Position numbers and translations under genes: made by a program. Below the pieces are notes generated by a model. It was not told the DNA's origin. It saw only the letters and a list, made by a program, of their open reading frames with translations, and made no database searches. From an uncultured Enterobacterales bacterium (GTDB lineage: Bacteria > Pseudomonadota > Gammaproteobacteria > Enterobacterales > Psychrobiaceae), in NCBI GenBank assembly GCA_937981905.1, contig CALJMY010000156.1:1-54668 (forward strand): a stretch of 54,668 bases of DNA, in the 5' to 3' direction. Of the stretch, positions 41,300 to 52,076 are shown piece by piece (within the stretch, counting starts at the first letter, position 1; each line of letters starts with the position of its first letter).

Positions 41300-41437
41300 T
41301 ATTGCTATTACCTTATTGCCGTTGGCTCATTTGAGCGCAAGAAGTATATGCTTTTAAAACTTTCACACTAGGATTCTTTTTAATGTTTATATCTTTAACG
41401 TATTACTATTTTATTATTCAACTAATTAGTTAGAATT

Positions 41438-42442
41438 TTAGTCAATAATATTATGTATTGAATCTCGGGTAACAAGTGAAGGTTTGAAAGAATGTTTGAT
41501 CTTGAGTTTATTATGTTGATAAACATTTTTTAAGGCTAATTTAGCGGCCATTTGTCCCATTTCAAATACAGGATTACAAATAGTAGTAAGTTTTGGGTAG
41601 ATATATCGTGAAAATATAATATTATCGAAACCTATAATAGATAAATCTTTTGGTAGGCTAATATTATGTTCCCGAGCATAGGTCATAGCGCCTGCAGCCA
41701 TTTCATCATTAGCACAAACTAATGCAGAAAAAGGAGTTTCTTTTTTAAGGAATAATTGAGTACCTTCTCGACCACCAGTTTCTTTGAAGTCACCTTCAAA
41801 ATATAAGTCAGTGTTGAAGGGAATATTATACTCTTTTAATGCTCGTTTATATCCTTGCAATCGTTCTTTAGCATCGGGTTTGAATAGTGGACCTGAAATA
41901 TAAGCAATATTCTTATGACCTTGTTCAATAACGGCTTTTGCAGCTAAATAACCACCATATTCATTATCTAAGTTAATACAATTACTTTGTAAACCTTCAA
42001 TGGTACGACTCATAAAATAGATAGGTGTATTACCTTTGCAAAGCTCTTGTAAATATTGATCGTCTAGTGCTTCAATATGAACAATTAAGGCGTCACAATT
42101 TCTGCTTAATAAAAAATCTATTCCTTCTTTTTCGTCATTTTCATTACTGTGACCAGTGGTGATAATAACATGTTTACCAGCGGCTCTGAGCTCTTGCTCT
42201 ATACCTGCCATCATTTGGCCAAAGAATGGTCCATTTAGAGCGGACACCATAATACCAATACTGTTAGTTCGATTTGAAGCTAATGATTGGGCAATTGAAT
42301 TAGGGCGATAATTTAACGTTACCATCGCATCTTCAACTTTTTTTCTGGTTGTATCACTGACCTTAGCATTTTTATTTGTGACTCGTGAAACTGTTGCTAG
42401 TGATACACCTGCAAGTTTTGATACTTCGTAAATAGTTGCCAT
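41438..42442 (-). CDS. LacI family transcriptional regulator (probable beta-glucoside/beta-glucan repressor)
   Basis: ATIYEVSKLAGVSLATVSRV, YRPNSIAQSL, CANDEMAAG, IIGFDN; divergent from the sugar operon. Confidence 0.93.
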   Translation of the reverse strand: MATIYEVSKLAGVSLATVSRVTNKNAKVSDTTRKKVEDAMVTLNYRPNSIAQSLASNRTNSIGIMVSALNGPFFGQMMAGIEQELRAAGKHVIITTGHSNENDEKEGIDFLLSRNCDALIVHIEALDDQYLQELCKGNTPIYFMSRTIEGLQSNCINLDNEYGGYLAAKAVIEQGHKNIAYISGPLFKPDAKERLQGYKRALKEYNIPFNTDLYFEGDFKETGGREGTQLFLKKETPFSALVCANDEMAAGAMTYAREHNISLPKDLSIIGFDNIIFSRYIYPKLTTICNPVFEMGQMAAKLALKNVYQHNKLKIKHSFKPSLVTRDSIHNIID

Positions 42443-42699
42443 AACGTCCTAAATTACTCATCAGTGAGTTATTTCAACTGATAGTGTGGTTAATGTATAA
42501 ATAATAATGCTTAAAATTTTAACATATATAAAGAAGAATTAACTAGTAGAGTGATTTAGCTCTTTTGAGTTTTCACTATTTTTTCTATTAACGTATCTTT
42601 TTTAGCTAAGGTAGTAACGATGTAACGCTCAAATGTCGGTAGTCTTGTTAAGATAATAATATGCCTTGCTTAATAATATTAATTAGTTTTTAATAGTGA

Positions 42700-42717
42700 A
42701 ATGAAAGCGCTTTCATT
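42700..42717. promoter_or_regulatory. LacI-family operator
   Basis: Perfect 18-bp palindrome AATGAAAGCGCTTTCATT with central CG, 68 bp before the transporter start and next to the lacI-family gene. Confidence 0.85.
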
Positions 42718-42784
42718 CTTGGTTTGATTTTGCTTTCTCGTCATCACATTAAAATAATAAAAATCACTTTAAGGGAAAGGTCTT

Positions 42785-44059
42785 ATGGTTTCATTTTCAA
42801 ATTCGAATCAGCCTGGGCAAAGCGTAAATAATGAACAAACTGCTGATTATCGTTTTGCGTTAACATCACTCACTTCACTATTTTTTATGTGGGGGTTTAT
42901 TACTTGTTTAAATGACATATTGATTCCTCATTTAAAAGGAGTCTTTGATTTATCTTATAGCCAAGCAATGTTAGTACAGTTTTGTTTTTTTAGCGCGTAT
43001 TTCTTAGTTTCTTTGCCAGCAGGCATTATTGTAAAAAAATTGGGTTATCAAAAAGGGATTGTTATTGGTTTAGTTATTGCTGCAATCGGCTGTATAGGTT
43101 TTTATCCTGCAGCGAGTATGCATAGTTATCCCGTATTTTTATTGGCATTGTTTGTTCTAGCAAGTGGCATAACATTATTACAAGTGTCTGCTAATCCTTA
43201 TGTCAGTATGTTGGGAGCTGCAAAAACAGCGTCATCACGATTAACAATGACACAAGCCTTTAATTCTCTTGGAACAACTGTGGCGCCATATTTTGGCGCA
43301 CTGCTAATTTTAAATGAAGCAGCTGAAGGCTTGTCAACTCAAGATTCGGCTAATGCTGTACAAATGCCATATCTTTTACTTGCTTCAATGTTGTTAATTC
43401 TCGCTGCCATTTTTGCTTGGATTAAATTACCTGAAATGAATATGAGTACTGAAGATACCAATACTAAAGATGCCAATGCTGAAGTGTTAAGTGGCAGTGC
43501 TTGGCAGTATAAGCATCTGGTGTTGGGTGCCGTTGGGATCTTTGTTTATGTTGGTGCTGAAGTATCAATTGGTAGTTTTTTAGTGAGTTTTTTTGCCGAA
43601 CCTACAATTGCTGGTTTAGCCGAATCTGAAGCTGCTAAATATATTGCGTATTACTGGGGCGGAGCAATGGTTGGTCGTTTCATTGGCGCCGCGGTGATGC
43701 AGAAAGTTTCAGGTGGTAAAGCGCTTGCTTTTAGTGCTGGAGCTGCAATGATTTTAATTCTTATCGCCATATTCACTAGTGGTACTTTAGCTATGTTTGC
43801 GATTTTATTGGTTGGTTTGTGTAACGCAATTATGTTCCCTACAATTTTCAGTTTAGCGATTAACGGTTTAGGCGAGCATACAAGTCAAGGGTCTAGTATC
43901 TTATGTCTAGCTATTGTTGGCGGCGCAATTGTCCCATTATTACAAGGTGTATTAGCCGATAGCATTGGTATTCAACCAGCCTTTTTCTTACCAATAATCT
44001 GTTATGCATTTATTGCTTATTACGGCTTAGTCGGCAGTAAGTTTTCTGTGAAAGATTAA
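42785..44059 (+). CDS. Glucose/galactose MFS transporter (GluP/FucP family)
   Basis: [53 protein letters not shown]. Confidence 0.92.
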   Translation: MVSFSNSNQPGQSVNNEQTADYRFALTSLTSLFFMWGFITCLNDILIPHLKGVFDLSYSQAMLVQFCFFSAYFLVSLPAGIIVKKLGYQKGIVIGLVIAAIGCIGFYPAASMHSYPVFLLALFVLASGITLLQVSANPYVSMLGAAKTASSRLTMTQAFNSLGTTVAPYFGALLILNEAAEGLSTQDSANAVQMPYLLLASMLLILAAIFAWIKLPEMNMSTEDTNTKDANAEVLSGSAWQYKHLVLGAVGIFVYVGAEVSIGSFLVSFFAEPTIAGLAESEAAKYIAYYWGGAMVGRFIGAAVMQKVSGGKALAFSAGAAMILILIAIFTSGTLAMFAILLVGLCNAIMFPTIFSLAINGLGEHTSQGSSILCLAIVGGAIVPLLQGVLADSIGIQPAFFLPIICYAFIAYYGLVGSKFSVKD

Positions 44060-44098
44060 TTTAGATTGCATCATATAAATTATTTGAAAGAGAAAGTA

Positions 44099-46744
44099 AT
44101 GAAAAACTTTAAATGTAAAGTAAAAGAAATAAACAACACTATAACTAAAAAAAACGTGATGAAAAATAATATGATTAATATGAAGGTTAAGCCTTTAGCT
44201 ATTTTGTGTCTTGCAGCCTCTCAATTTTTATTAGGCTGTGGTGGTAATACTGCTGAATCTGATAATCAAAATAAAAAAGTAGCAAAGACTGCCAACACAC
44301 ACTCACTAAATGTGTGGCCACAACTGGATATAGCGGTTAAAAAAGACATTAAAGTTGAAGATAAAGTTAACGCATTGCTTGCTAAGATGACTTTAGAGCA
44401 AAAAATTGCACAAATGATACAACCGGAAATTAGAGATATTACCGTTGAAGACATGCGTCAATACGGTTTTGGTTCGTACTTAAATGGCGGCGGGGCTTTT
44501 CCCAATAATAATAAACACGCAACACCAAGTGATTGGGTACAATTAGCAGAAACATTATATCAAGCCTCTATTGACGATAGTATTGATGGTTCAACCATTC
44601 CTACCATGTGGGGTACAGATGCGGTGCACGGTCATAACAATGTTATTGGTGCTACCTTGTTTCCTCATAACATTGGTTTAGGTGCTGCTAATAACCCTGA
44701 TTTAATTGAAAAGATTGCGGCGATTACCGCCAAAGAAGTCATGGTTACTGGTATTGATTGGGTGTTTGCACCTACGGTTGCTGTGGTTCGAGATGATCGC
44801 TGGGGCAGAACATATGAAGGTTATTCTGAAGATCCTGAAATAGTACGTAATTATGCCGCCTCCATTGTTAAAGGTTTACAAGGCGCTGCAGATAAAGATT
44901 TTTTAGGTAACCAACGTGTTATTAGTACGGTTAAGCATTTCATTGGTGATGGCGGTACTCAGAACGGTGATGACCAAGGTAATAATACTGCCACTGAGCA
45001 AGAGCTATTTGATATTCATGCCCAAGGTTATGTTGGCGGCCTTAGTGCTGGTGCTCAATCGGTGATGGCGTCATTTAACAGTTGGCATGGTGATAAGGTT
45101 CATGGAAATGAATATCTATTAACCGATGTGCTAAAGAAACGTATGGGGTTTGATGGTTTTGTTGTTGGTGATTGGAATGGTCACGGCCAAGTAAAGGGCT
45201 GTTCAAATGAAAGTTGCCCACAAGCCATTAATGCTGGCTTAGATATTTTTATGGTACCAACAGCTGCGTGGAAACCGCTTTTTCATAATACTGTCGCGCA
45301 GGTGAAAAGTGGTGAGATTAGTCAAGCAAGAATTGATGATGCTGTTAGCCGTATTTTACGAGTAAAAATACGCGCAGGCTTATTTGAGAAACCTAGCCCA
45401 GCTAAACGTGAGTTGTCAGGAAAGGTTGATTTAATTGGTGCTAAATCACATCGTGATGTTGCCAGACAAGCGGTGCGCGAATCATTAGTGCTACTAAAAA
45501 ATAATGATAATTTGTTACCACTTAAACCTAAACAACACTTTTTATTGGCAGGTGATGGTGCAGACAATATTGGTAAGCAGTCGGGTGGATGGTCAATTAC
45601 TTGGCAAGGAACCGGTAATAAAAATAGCGACTTCCCAGGTGGTAGCTCTATTTACAATGGCTTTGCTAAGCAAGTGAATGTTGCTGGTGGTAAGGTCACT
45701 TTAAGTGCTGATGGAAGCTTTACTGAAAAACCTGATGTTGCCATTGTGGTGTTCGGGGAAGATCCCTATGCGGAAGGTAATGGTGATATTGATAACTTAG
45801 AATATCAACGTGGTGATAAAAAAGATCTTGCGCTATTACAGTCGTTAAAAGCTCAGGGTATTCCTGTCGTTTCTGTTTTTCTTAGTGGCCGAGCTATGTG
45901 GGTAAATGCAGAGTTAAATGCGTCTGATGCCTTTGTTGCTGCATGGTTACCAGGTTCAGAAGGTGATGGGATTACTGAGGTATTATTGAGAAATATTAAT
46001 AATGCAGTACAACATGACTTTATAGGAAAATTATCTTTTTCTTGGCCTGAAAATGCTATGCAGAGTGTCGTTAATCGTTTTGATGAAGATTATAAACCAT
46101 TGCTGCCTTATGGTTTTGGTTTGAAGTACGGCGAAAAAAGTACTTTGGAGAACGACTTAAATGAAGAAAGTGAGCAAAGTACTGAAGTATTCACGGCGAT
46201 GAAAATATTTGATCGTGCTACGAAAAAACCTTGGAATTTATTTATTCAAAGTGGCAATGAATCACAATCAATTACCAGTAATGTACAGGCTGTAGGTTCA
46301 GTAGCATTAAAAACGATAGATAAAGTGGTTCAAGAAGATGCCAGACAAATTACCTTTAGTGGTAAAGATTTAGCTAGTTTAACTTTTGTTGGTAATTTTC
46401 CTGAAGATTTACGTCATTATGCAGAAAATAATACGGCGTTAACGTTGAATGTGATGATCAATAAAGCACCTTCAAGTAAGACTGAGTTGTCGATGTTATG
46501 TGAAAGTATTACTGATAAACCTTGTGCTGGTTCTGTTGATGTTACTGATCTTTTATCAAGCTTAGAATTAGATACTTGGCATTCTGTGTCGGTTGATTTG
46601 CAATGTTTTAAAGCCAGAGGTGCAAACTTAGCTAAAATTATCAGCCCATTTAAATTAGCTACCTCAGGAGAACTAACTATTAACTTATCTGATATTGCTA
46701 TTGATGCAGTCGATGAAAAACAAATTGATTTGAAATGTCAGTAA
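44099..46744 (+). CDS. GH3 exo-beta-glucanase/beta-glucosidase lipoprotein with C-terminal CBM-like domain (start uncertain, 44099-44180)
   Basis: Lipobox FLLGC, GTDAVHGHNN, RWGRTYEGYSEDP, KHFIGDGGT, GFVVGDW (nucleophile), GEDPYAEG, AAWLPGSEG. Confidence 0.92.
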   Translation: MKNFKCKVKEINNTITKKNVMKNNMINMKVKPLAILCLAASQFLLGCGGNTAESDNQNKKVAKTANTHSLNVWPQLDIAVKKDIKVEDKVNALLAKMTLEQKIAQMIQPEIRDITVEDMRQYGFGSYLNGGGAFPNNNKHATPSDWVQLAETLYQASIDDSIDGSTIPTMWGTDAVHGHNNVIGATLFPHNIGLGAANNPDLIEKIAAITAKEVMVTGIDWVFAPTVAVVRDDRWGRTYEGYSEDPEIVRNYAASIVKGLQGAADKDFLGNQRVISTVKHFIGDGGTQNGDDQGNNTATEQELFDIHAQGYVGGLSAGAQSVMASFNSWHGDKVHGNEYLLTDVLKKRMGFDGFVVGDWNGHGQVKGCSNESCPQAINAGLDIFMVPTAAWKPLFHNTVAQVKSGEISQARIDDAVSRILRVKIRAGLFEKPSPAKRELSGKVDLIGAKSHRDVARQAVRESLVLLKNNDNLLPLKPKQHFLLAGDGADNIGKQSGGWSITWQGTGNKNSDFPGGSSIYNGFAKQVNVAGGKVTLSADGSFTEKPDVAIVVFGEDPYAEGNGDIDNLEYQRGDKKDLALLQSLKAQGIPVVSVFLSGRAMWVNAELNASDAFVAAWLPGSEGDGITEVLLRNINNAVQHDFIGKLSFSWPENAMQSVVNRFDEDYKPLLPYGFGLKYGEKSTLENDLNEESEQSTEVFTAMKIFDRATKKPWNLFIQSGNESQSITSNVQAVGSVALKTIDKVVQEDARQITFSGKDLASLTFVGNFPEDLRHYAENNTALTLNVMINKAPSSKTELSMLCESITDKPCAGSVDVTDLLSSLELDTWHSVSVDLQCFKARGANLAKIISPFKLATSGELTINLSDIAIDAVDEKQIDLKCQ

Positions 46745-46808
46745 ATGTTCTTAATGAAAAGGCTATATTAAGAACATTTTATGCAGAGAGTTATATGAAG
46801 AAAATAGT

Positions 46809-47834
46809 ATGAAGAGAGTTGAAATAAATAAAACAACATTAACCATGTTTAATGCTTTGGTTTCATGTTCATTATTAATCGGCTGTAGTTCTCTTGATAT
46901 TAAAGAGGGAACTATCGAAAAAACCGTAGTGAAAACTACGGCTAACTGGGATCTGATTTGGTCTGATGAATTTTCTGGTAATGTTATCGATGACACAAAA
47001 TGGAGTTTTGAAGAGAACTGTTGGGGTGGTGGAAATGACGAGCAACAATGTTATACCAACCGAAATGAAAACGCCTTTGTTAGTGATGGCGTCTTAACTA
47101 TATTAGCTCAACGTGAAGAGTTTACGGGGGCTAATAATCCTGATGGGGACGAGACACAAACAGCTAGCTTGCCTTATACTTCGGCGCGTTTAAACACGTT
47201 GAATAAAGGTGACTGGTTATACGGTCGTTTTGAAATAAGTGCTAAATTACCGCAAGGACAAGGCACTTGGCCTGCAATTTGGATGCTACCAACCGATTGG
47301 ATTTATGGTCGTTGGCCAGCCTCTGGTGAAATTGACATTATGGAAGCTGTCAATTTAAAAGCACAATCAGATGAAAATGATGCGGTTGATGGTGATGAAG
47401 AGACTCGCGTTCATGGCACTTTACATTATGGCCCTGTTTGGCCTGACAATGTTCATGCTGGTGAGAGTTATTCACTACCAGATGGTGTTAATCCAGCTGA
47501 CGATTTCCATACTTATGCAATCGAATGGCAAAAAGATGAAATCCGTTGGTATGTTGATGGAGTACATTTCTCTACGCAAAAATCGAATGTCTGGTACAAC
47601 CAATATATTGATGATAATGGTAAATTAGTGACAGGAACTGACGATGCACCATTTAATCAAAAATTTCATTTATTATTAAATTTAGCCGTTGGTGGAGCTT
47701 GGGCTGGAAGTACCAATGATACAGGTATTAATGAGTCAGTATTTCCGCAAAAAATGCTAATTGATTATGTACGTGTATATCAGTGTTCTGTAAACCCTGA
47801 AACTGGTGCGGGTTGTGAAACAACCGCAGAATAA
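46809..47834 (+). CDS. GH16 endo-1,3-beta-glucanase (laminarinase-type) lipoprotein
   Basis: Lipobox LLIGC, WSDEF, YTSARL, WPAIWML, GEIDIME catalytic motif, LNLAVGG. Confidence 0.92.
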   Translation: MKRVEINKTTLTMFNALVSCSLLIGCSSLDIKEGTIEKTVVKTTANWDLIWSDEFSGNVIDDTKWSFEENCWGGGNDEQQCYTNRNENAFVSDGVLTILAQREEFTGANNPDGDETQTASLPYTSARLNTLNKGDWLYGRFEISAKLPQGQGTWPAIWMLPTDWIYGRWPASGEIDIMEAVNLKAQSDENDAVDGDEETRVHGTLHYGPVWPDNVHAGESYSLPDGVNPADDFHTYAIEWQKDEIRWYVDGVHFSTQKSNVWYNQYIDDNGKLVTGTDDAPFNQKFHLLLNLAVGGAWAGSTNDTGINESVFPQKMLIDYVRVYQCSVNPETGAGCETTAE

Positions 47835-47885
47835 TCATTATTGGTTTTTATGGTTATAATTTTATTGGACATAACGAATGGTGCG

Positions 47886-48686
47886 TTATTCATTATGTTC
47901 AATTAAATATTTACTGATATTTCGGAACGTATCCACCCAATATATTGACTTATTATCAGCTAAATATTGTAATAATTGCTGGTGGGCTTCATTACTAATA
48001 CTAAGATAATCACCACCTATGCCGTGAAAGGTTAAGTTAACCATTGTTCCTTGAGCTTTGGCATTTTTTACATAAGCAATAAGTTCATCGCCACTAATAT
48101 TAACAGGGCCTATTACGGCAATATTTTTTACCTTAATAGCTTTCATATTCGATGCTACTGAACCTTCCTTTGCTTTAATACCTATAAACAATTGTGCAAT
48201 CTTCTCAACGTAGTCTTTACCGCCAGCTAAATGATCAAGGCAAGGTACAGTGAAAGTTCGTATGTTTTCACCATCAAGCTTATTTAATATTTCATTGGCT
48301 TGAATCACCTCATTGATTAACGTATCAACTGTTTTATTATCTAAATCATTTTTAGCATCGACCCATTCTCTACCAGCTAATGATCCACGACAAGCATGAT
48401 GAATCGTATGATTACCTAATTCATGACCTGCTACGGCAATAGCTTGCCATTCTAATCGACGTGAAGTGAATGCGGGGGAAGACAGCGTAAGATAAAAAGA
48501 TGCCTTAAACCCAAAATGGTTTAATGCTGGTATGGCGTTATCTAATTGGCTATTAAGGCTATCATCATACGACAAACTAACAGCAGCCTTTGCACCATTT
48601 GGCCAGTTAAAAGCTGATTGTGGATGTACATCGAGAGTTATTAATAAAACAAATAAGAAACAACATTTTTTATTAATTTTTATCAT
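47886..48686 (-). CDS. Polysaccharide deacetylase family (NodB/CE4-like) protein with signal peptide
   Basis: AAVSLSYDD, GHELGNHTIHH, RTFTVPC, NLTFHG; hydrophobic N-terminus. Confidence 0.85.
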   Translation of the reverse strand: MIKINKKCCFLFVLLITLDVHPQSAFNWPNGAKAAVSLSYDDSLNSQLDNAIPALNHFGFKASFYLTLSSPAFTSRRLEWQAIAVAGHELGNHTIHHACRGSLAGREWVDAKNDLDNKTVDTLINEVIQANEILNKLDGENIRTFTVPCLDHLAGGKDYVEKIAQLFIGIKAKEGSVASNMKAIKVKNIAVIGPVNISGDELIAYVKNAKAQGTMVNLTFHGIGGDYLSISNEAHQQLLQYLADNKSIYWVDTFRNISKYLIEHNE

Positions 48687-48736
48687 TTACTTCTCTGTTT
48701 ATAGAGCGTTTATAAATTAAACCTAATGAAAATTGA

Positions 48737-49450
48737 TTATGTAAATTCAATAAAAAAATTGGCAGTAAGTCGACCTGTTTTGGGACAAGAACTTATATCT
48801 GTTTCTGGCGCGATGATGCCAGAATGTAATAGATTACTAGGATATAGCACTAATCTATTGGCTTTATAGTCAATGCAGTCAAGTAATTCATATTGTTCAT
48901 TTGAATTTTTTATATATTGTGAAGGTGCTTTTTTAGTTACATCAACATTGCTATCTATCGACATGAAATATTGCTTTATTTTTTGTTCATTAATGCGTTC
49001 AAATCCCGTTGGTTTATGATGAAACATCCCAGTACCACCATGTGTTGAATCATTTAAATAATGTATTGCAGCGAAAAAAAATGGCCTCGGTGTATCAAAA
49101 TGCGGCGATTGCTGCGGCACACTAAGATCTTTTTCTTGTGTAGTGATCAATCCATAAAACAAATCTTGAGGTTTTAATATTAAATGACGAGGAATATCAT
49201 AAATACTGTAGAGCTGTTTATATATTGCCTGTAAGGCCGTTATTGCATATTCTCTTGGTAACTTAGCTTGAATACCTGGGTAGTAAGAGTTATTTCTTGG
49301 CGCAAACTGTGCTTTATTACAGGCATTTTCTTTAATTTCATCAAGATCTAAAGCAAAGTCATCAATAATAATGATCGGAGTTTTCTCTAAACCTAACTTC
49401 ACTATTTTAATGTTGAAATTAGGGTTAATGGTTATTATTTTTGATGACAT
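48737..49450 (-). CDS. DUF6445-like putative Fe(II)/2-oxoglutarate oxygenase
   Basis: PIIIIDDF, YYPG, PHFD (HxD), GGTGMF, NRLVLY...LHS (distal His), GRLT.N.F. Confidence 0.75.
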   Translation of the reverse strand: MSSKIITINPNFNIKIVKLGLEKTPIIIIDDFALDLDEIKENACNKAQFAPRNNSYYPGIQAKLPREYAITALQAIYKQLYSIYDIPRHLILKPQDLFYGLITTQEKDLSVPQQSPHFDTPRPFFFAAIHYLNDSTHGGTGMFHHKPTGFERINEQKIKQYFMSIDSNVDVTKKAPSQYIKNSNEQYELLDCIDYKANRLVLYPSNLLHSGIIAPETDISSCPKTGRLTANFFIEFT

Positions 49451-49479
49451 ATTCTTTGTCTCTTTAATTCGTCATATTG

Positions 49480-50976
49480 TTATATTTTTGATGCTTTACA
49501 ATAATGATTGATAAATTCTAGGTGATCAGGCCAGTTTTTTACTTTGCGCTGCACACCATTGCGAATAGTGGTTAAGAAATGTTCTAGTTCTTCATCACTC
49601 ATATTATCTACTATCGGATGATATGATTCTGGTAATAAACCTTGGCCTAACATGACTTGGATCCATGAGCTTTCACCAAATAACTCTTCTGATTTTTTAA
49701 ACACACGTCCAGTCGTTTCAAATAATTTCATTCGATGAGTTAATGACTCTGGAACAGGCATACTACGACAATAGCGCCAAAATGGTGTGTCTTTTCTATC
49801 TGTTAAATGATAGTGCAAGATAATGAAATCTTTAATATTATCGATTTCAGTTCTACTCTGTGTATTAAATTCATCAATATCAAATTGATTAATTCCTTGT
49901 GATGGAAACATTTGCATTAATCGAACAATAGCACGTTGAAATAAGTGAATACCAGTAGACTCTAATGGCTCTATAAAGCCAGAAGATAAGCCGACTGCAA
50001 TACAGTTCTTATTCCAATGTTTACGTCTAGTACCAGTTTTGTATTTGATTACTCTTGGTTCATTGAGGAGTTCACCTTCAATGTTGTCGAGTAATATTTT
50101 TTTCGCTTCATCGTCAGTCAAATATTTGCTACAAAAAACAAAACCATTACCAGTTCTATTTTGCAATGGAATACGCCATTGCCAGCCGGCATCTCGGGCA
50201 ATAGAACGTGTGTATGCAACGGGTTTGCTTGTCGTTTTCGTTTGTACTGCAATAGCGCTATCACACGGTAGCAGATGGCTCCAATCTTCAAAGCCAGTAT
50301 GTAATGCTCCTTCAATTAATAGTCCTCTAAAACCAGTACAATCAATAAATAGATCACCTTCGACAACTTTGCCTGATGCTAATGTTAAACTCTCGATAAA
50401 ACCTGATTCATCATCTAAATCAACCTTAACAATTTTACCTTCAATGCGTTTACAACCATGTTCTTCAGCAATATTTCTTAAATATTTTGCATAAAGACCA
50501 GCGTCTAAATGATAAGCATGATTCAAAGATTGATTAGCAAGTACTGCAAATCTGCCTTCACGCGCCGCTAAATGTTCAGGGCAATAGTCACCAATGTTAT
50601 GAGCAATACCACGTTGTTGGCCTTTTAACCAAAAATGTTGAAAACCAGCAGCCCAACAATCTTGGCCTAAAAAGCCAAATGAATGCATATAATCTTTGTT
50701 AACATCTCGCCAGTTTTCAAAAGAAATGCCTAATTTAAATGTCGCATTTGTCGCGGCCATAAACTCTTGTTCGTTAATACCTAAGAGTTTATGAAAAATA
50801 TGCAAGGTTGGTATTGTTGCTTCACCAACGCCGACGGTGGGAATTTCGTCAGACTCAACAATGTTAACTTCAATCGTTTTACCGAGTAATTTTGATAATG
50901 CTGCGGCTGCCATCCAACCTGCTGTTCCACCACCGGCGATAACAACTTTTTTAATGGCTTTATTATTATTTTCCAC
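49480..50976 (-). CDS. Flavin-dependent halogenase (tryptophan halogenase family), copy B
   Basis: GGGTAGW, GVGEATIP, ATFKLGI (catalytic Lys position), WQWRIP, FIEPLESTG; GTG start with GAGGA. Confidence 0.9.
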   Translation of the reverse strand: MENNNKAIKKVVIAGGGTAGWMAAAALSKLLGKTIEVNIVESDEIPTVGVGEATIPTLHIFHKLLGINEQEFMAATNATFKLGISFENWRDVNKDYMHSFGFLGQDCWAAGFQHFWLKGQQRGIAHNIGDYCPEHLAAREGRFAVLANQSLNHAYHLDAGLYAKYLRNIAEEHGCKRIEGKIVKVDLDDESGFIESLTLASGKVVEGDLFIDCTGFRGLLIEGALHTGFEDWSHLLPCDSAIAVQTKTTSKPVAYTRSIARDAGWQWRIPLQNRTGNGFVFCSKYLTDDEAKKILLDNIEGELLNEPRVIKYKTGTRRKHWNKNCIAVGLSSGFIEPLESTGIHLFQRAIVRLMQMFPSQGINQFDIDEFNTQSRTEIDNIKDFIILHYHLTDRKDTPFWRYCRSMPVPESLTHRMKLFETTGRVFKKSEELFGESSWIQVMLGQGLLPESYHPIVDNMSDEELEHFLTTIRNGVQRKVKNWPDHLEFINHYCKASKI

Positions 50977-51032
50977 AAGTATTCCTCACGATTATTTTAT
51001 TTTTATGTAAGTTTTAGTGTTTTAATGAACGA

Positions 51033-52070
51033 CTAACGTTTTAATTGATTTAGTAATTCAGCTCTAATTTTTCTTGCTGTTAATTCATCCATTGGTAGTT
51101 TTAACATACCTTGAACTTCTTCTGGAATATGTTCTAAATCACCATCTTTGTGTTCAAATATGTAGTGATCAAAGATGCTTTTCCAAGCTTTTCGTTGTGC
51201 TAAAGGTAAATTACGTAAACTTAATATTGCTAACAGTAGCGCATTATTAGGACGCCCCATAAAAGCAGGTGAGTTTCGCCACCAATGGGTGATTAAAACA
51301 TTGAATGCACTTAATCCTTGAACATGGTGCCACCACATACTAGGTAAAAATAAGGCGTCGCCAGCCGATAATTCAGCGACTTGAGCATGTTCGAGGGCTT
51401 GTTTAAATTTAGGATATTTTTCATAATCAGGATTGTCAAAATCGACTAGACTAATGTCTTGGCCGCCAGGAGACAGCTCCATTGGACCTACATATAAATT
51501 TTTGAGTTGTTCTGGTGGAAAAAGTGTAAAACGTCTCTCCCCAACAGCACAACAAGCTAGATTATTAGGAAAATCAAAATGTGCAGCAATCTTACTTTGA
51601 TTACCCAACCAAATACTTGTTAATGGTTTGAATTCATCAAGTTTAATATTATGATTTTCACTAAAACCGGGTAACCATTGATTGACTTCGGTGGAGCCAA
51701 CATACATCGTAGGTGGTTCAACATTGTCTAAATTTTCTAATAACTTATCTAAGACTAAATTGAGATTAACGGGTGCTGCTCGAAAGTTAAATCCAGTCAT
51801 TTCTTGGTTATAAAATACTCGACCTTTAATGTTTGCTTCACCATAACAAGCATTCACCGGAGTGCCACTATAGAGCTTGCGTAAATAATTTGCTGCATGC
51901 TCAGGTGATTTCTTCCCCTCAATGACTAACGGCCAGTCTTTGGCAAAGCCTTTTAAGATTAAAGGCTCAGATGAGTTTAAAACAAAAGCCGGAATATCAT
52001 CCGGACTACAATCACTGATATGTTTTACTTGTTTATTAATAGGCAACATATGGAGTCTTTTATATCGCAT
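51033..52070 (-). CDS. Cupin-like (JmjC/Cupin_8-type) protein
   Basis: PLILKG...WP, IWLGN....AAHFD (HxD), G.RRFTLFPP, L..GDALFLPSMWWHHV. Confidence 0.88.
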   Translation of the reverse strand: MRYKRLHMLPINKQVKHISDCSPDDIPAFVLNSSEPLILKGFAKDWPLVIEGKKSPEHAANYLRKLYSGTPVNACYGEANIKGRVFYNQEMTGFNFRAAPVNLNLVLDKLLENLDNVEPPTMYVGSTEVNQWLPGFSENHNIKLDEFKPLTSIWLGNQSKIAAHFDFPNNLACCAVGERRFTLFPPEQLKNLYVGPMELSPGGQDISLVDFDNPDYEKYPKFKQALEHAQVAELSAGDALFLPSMWWHHVQGLSAFNVLITHWWRNSPAFMGRPNNALLLAILSLRNLPLAQRKAWKSIFDHYIFEHKDGDLEHIPEEVQGMLKLPMDELTARKIRAELLNQLKR

Positions 52071-52076
52071 AAACCA

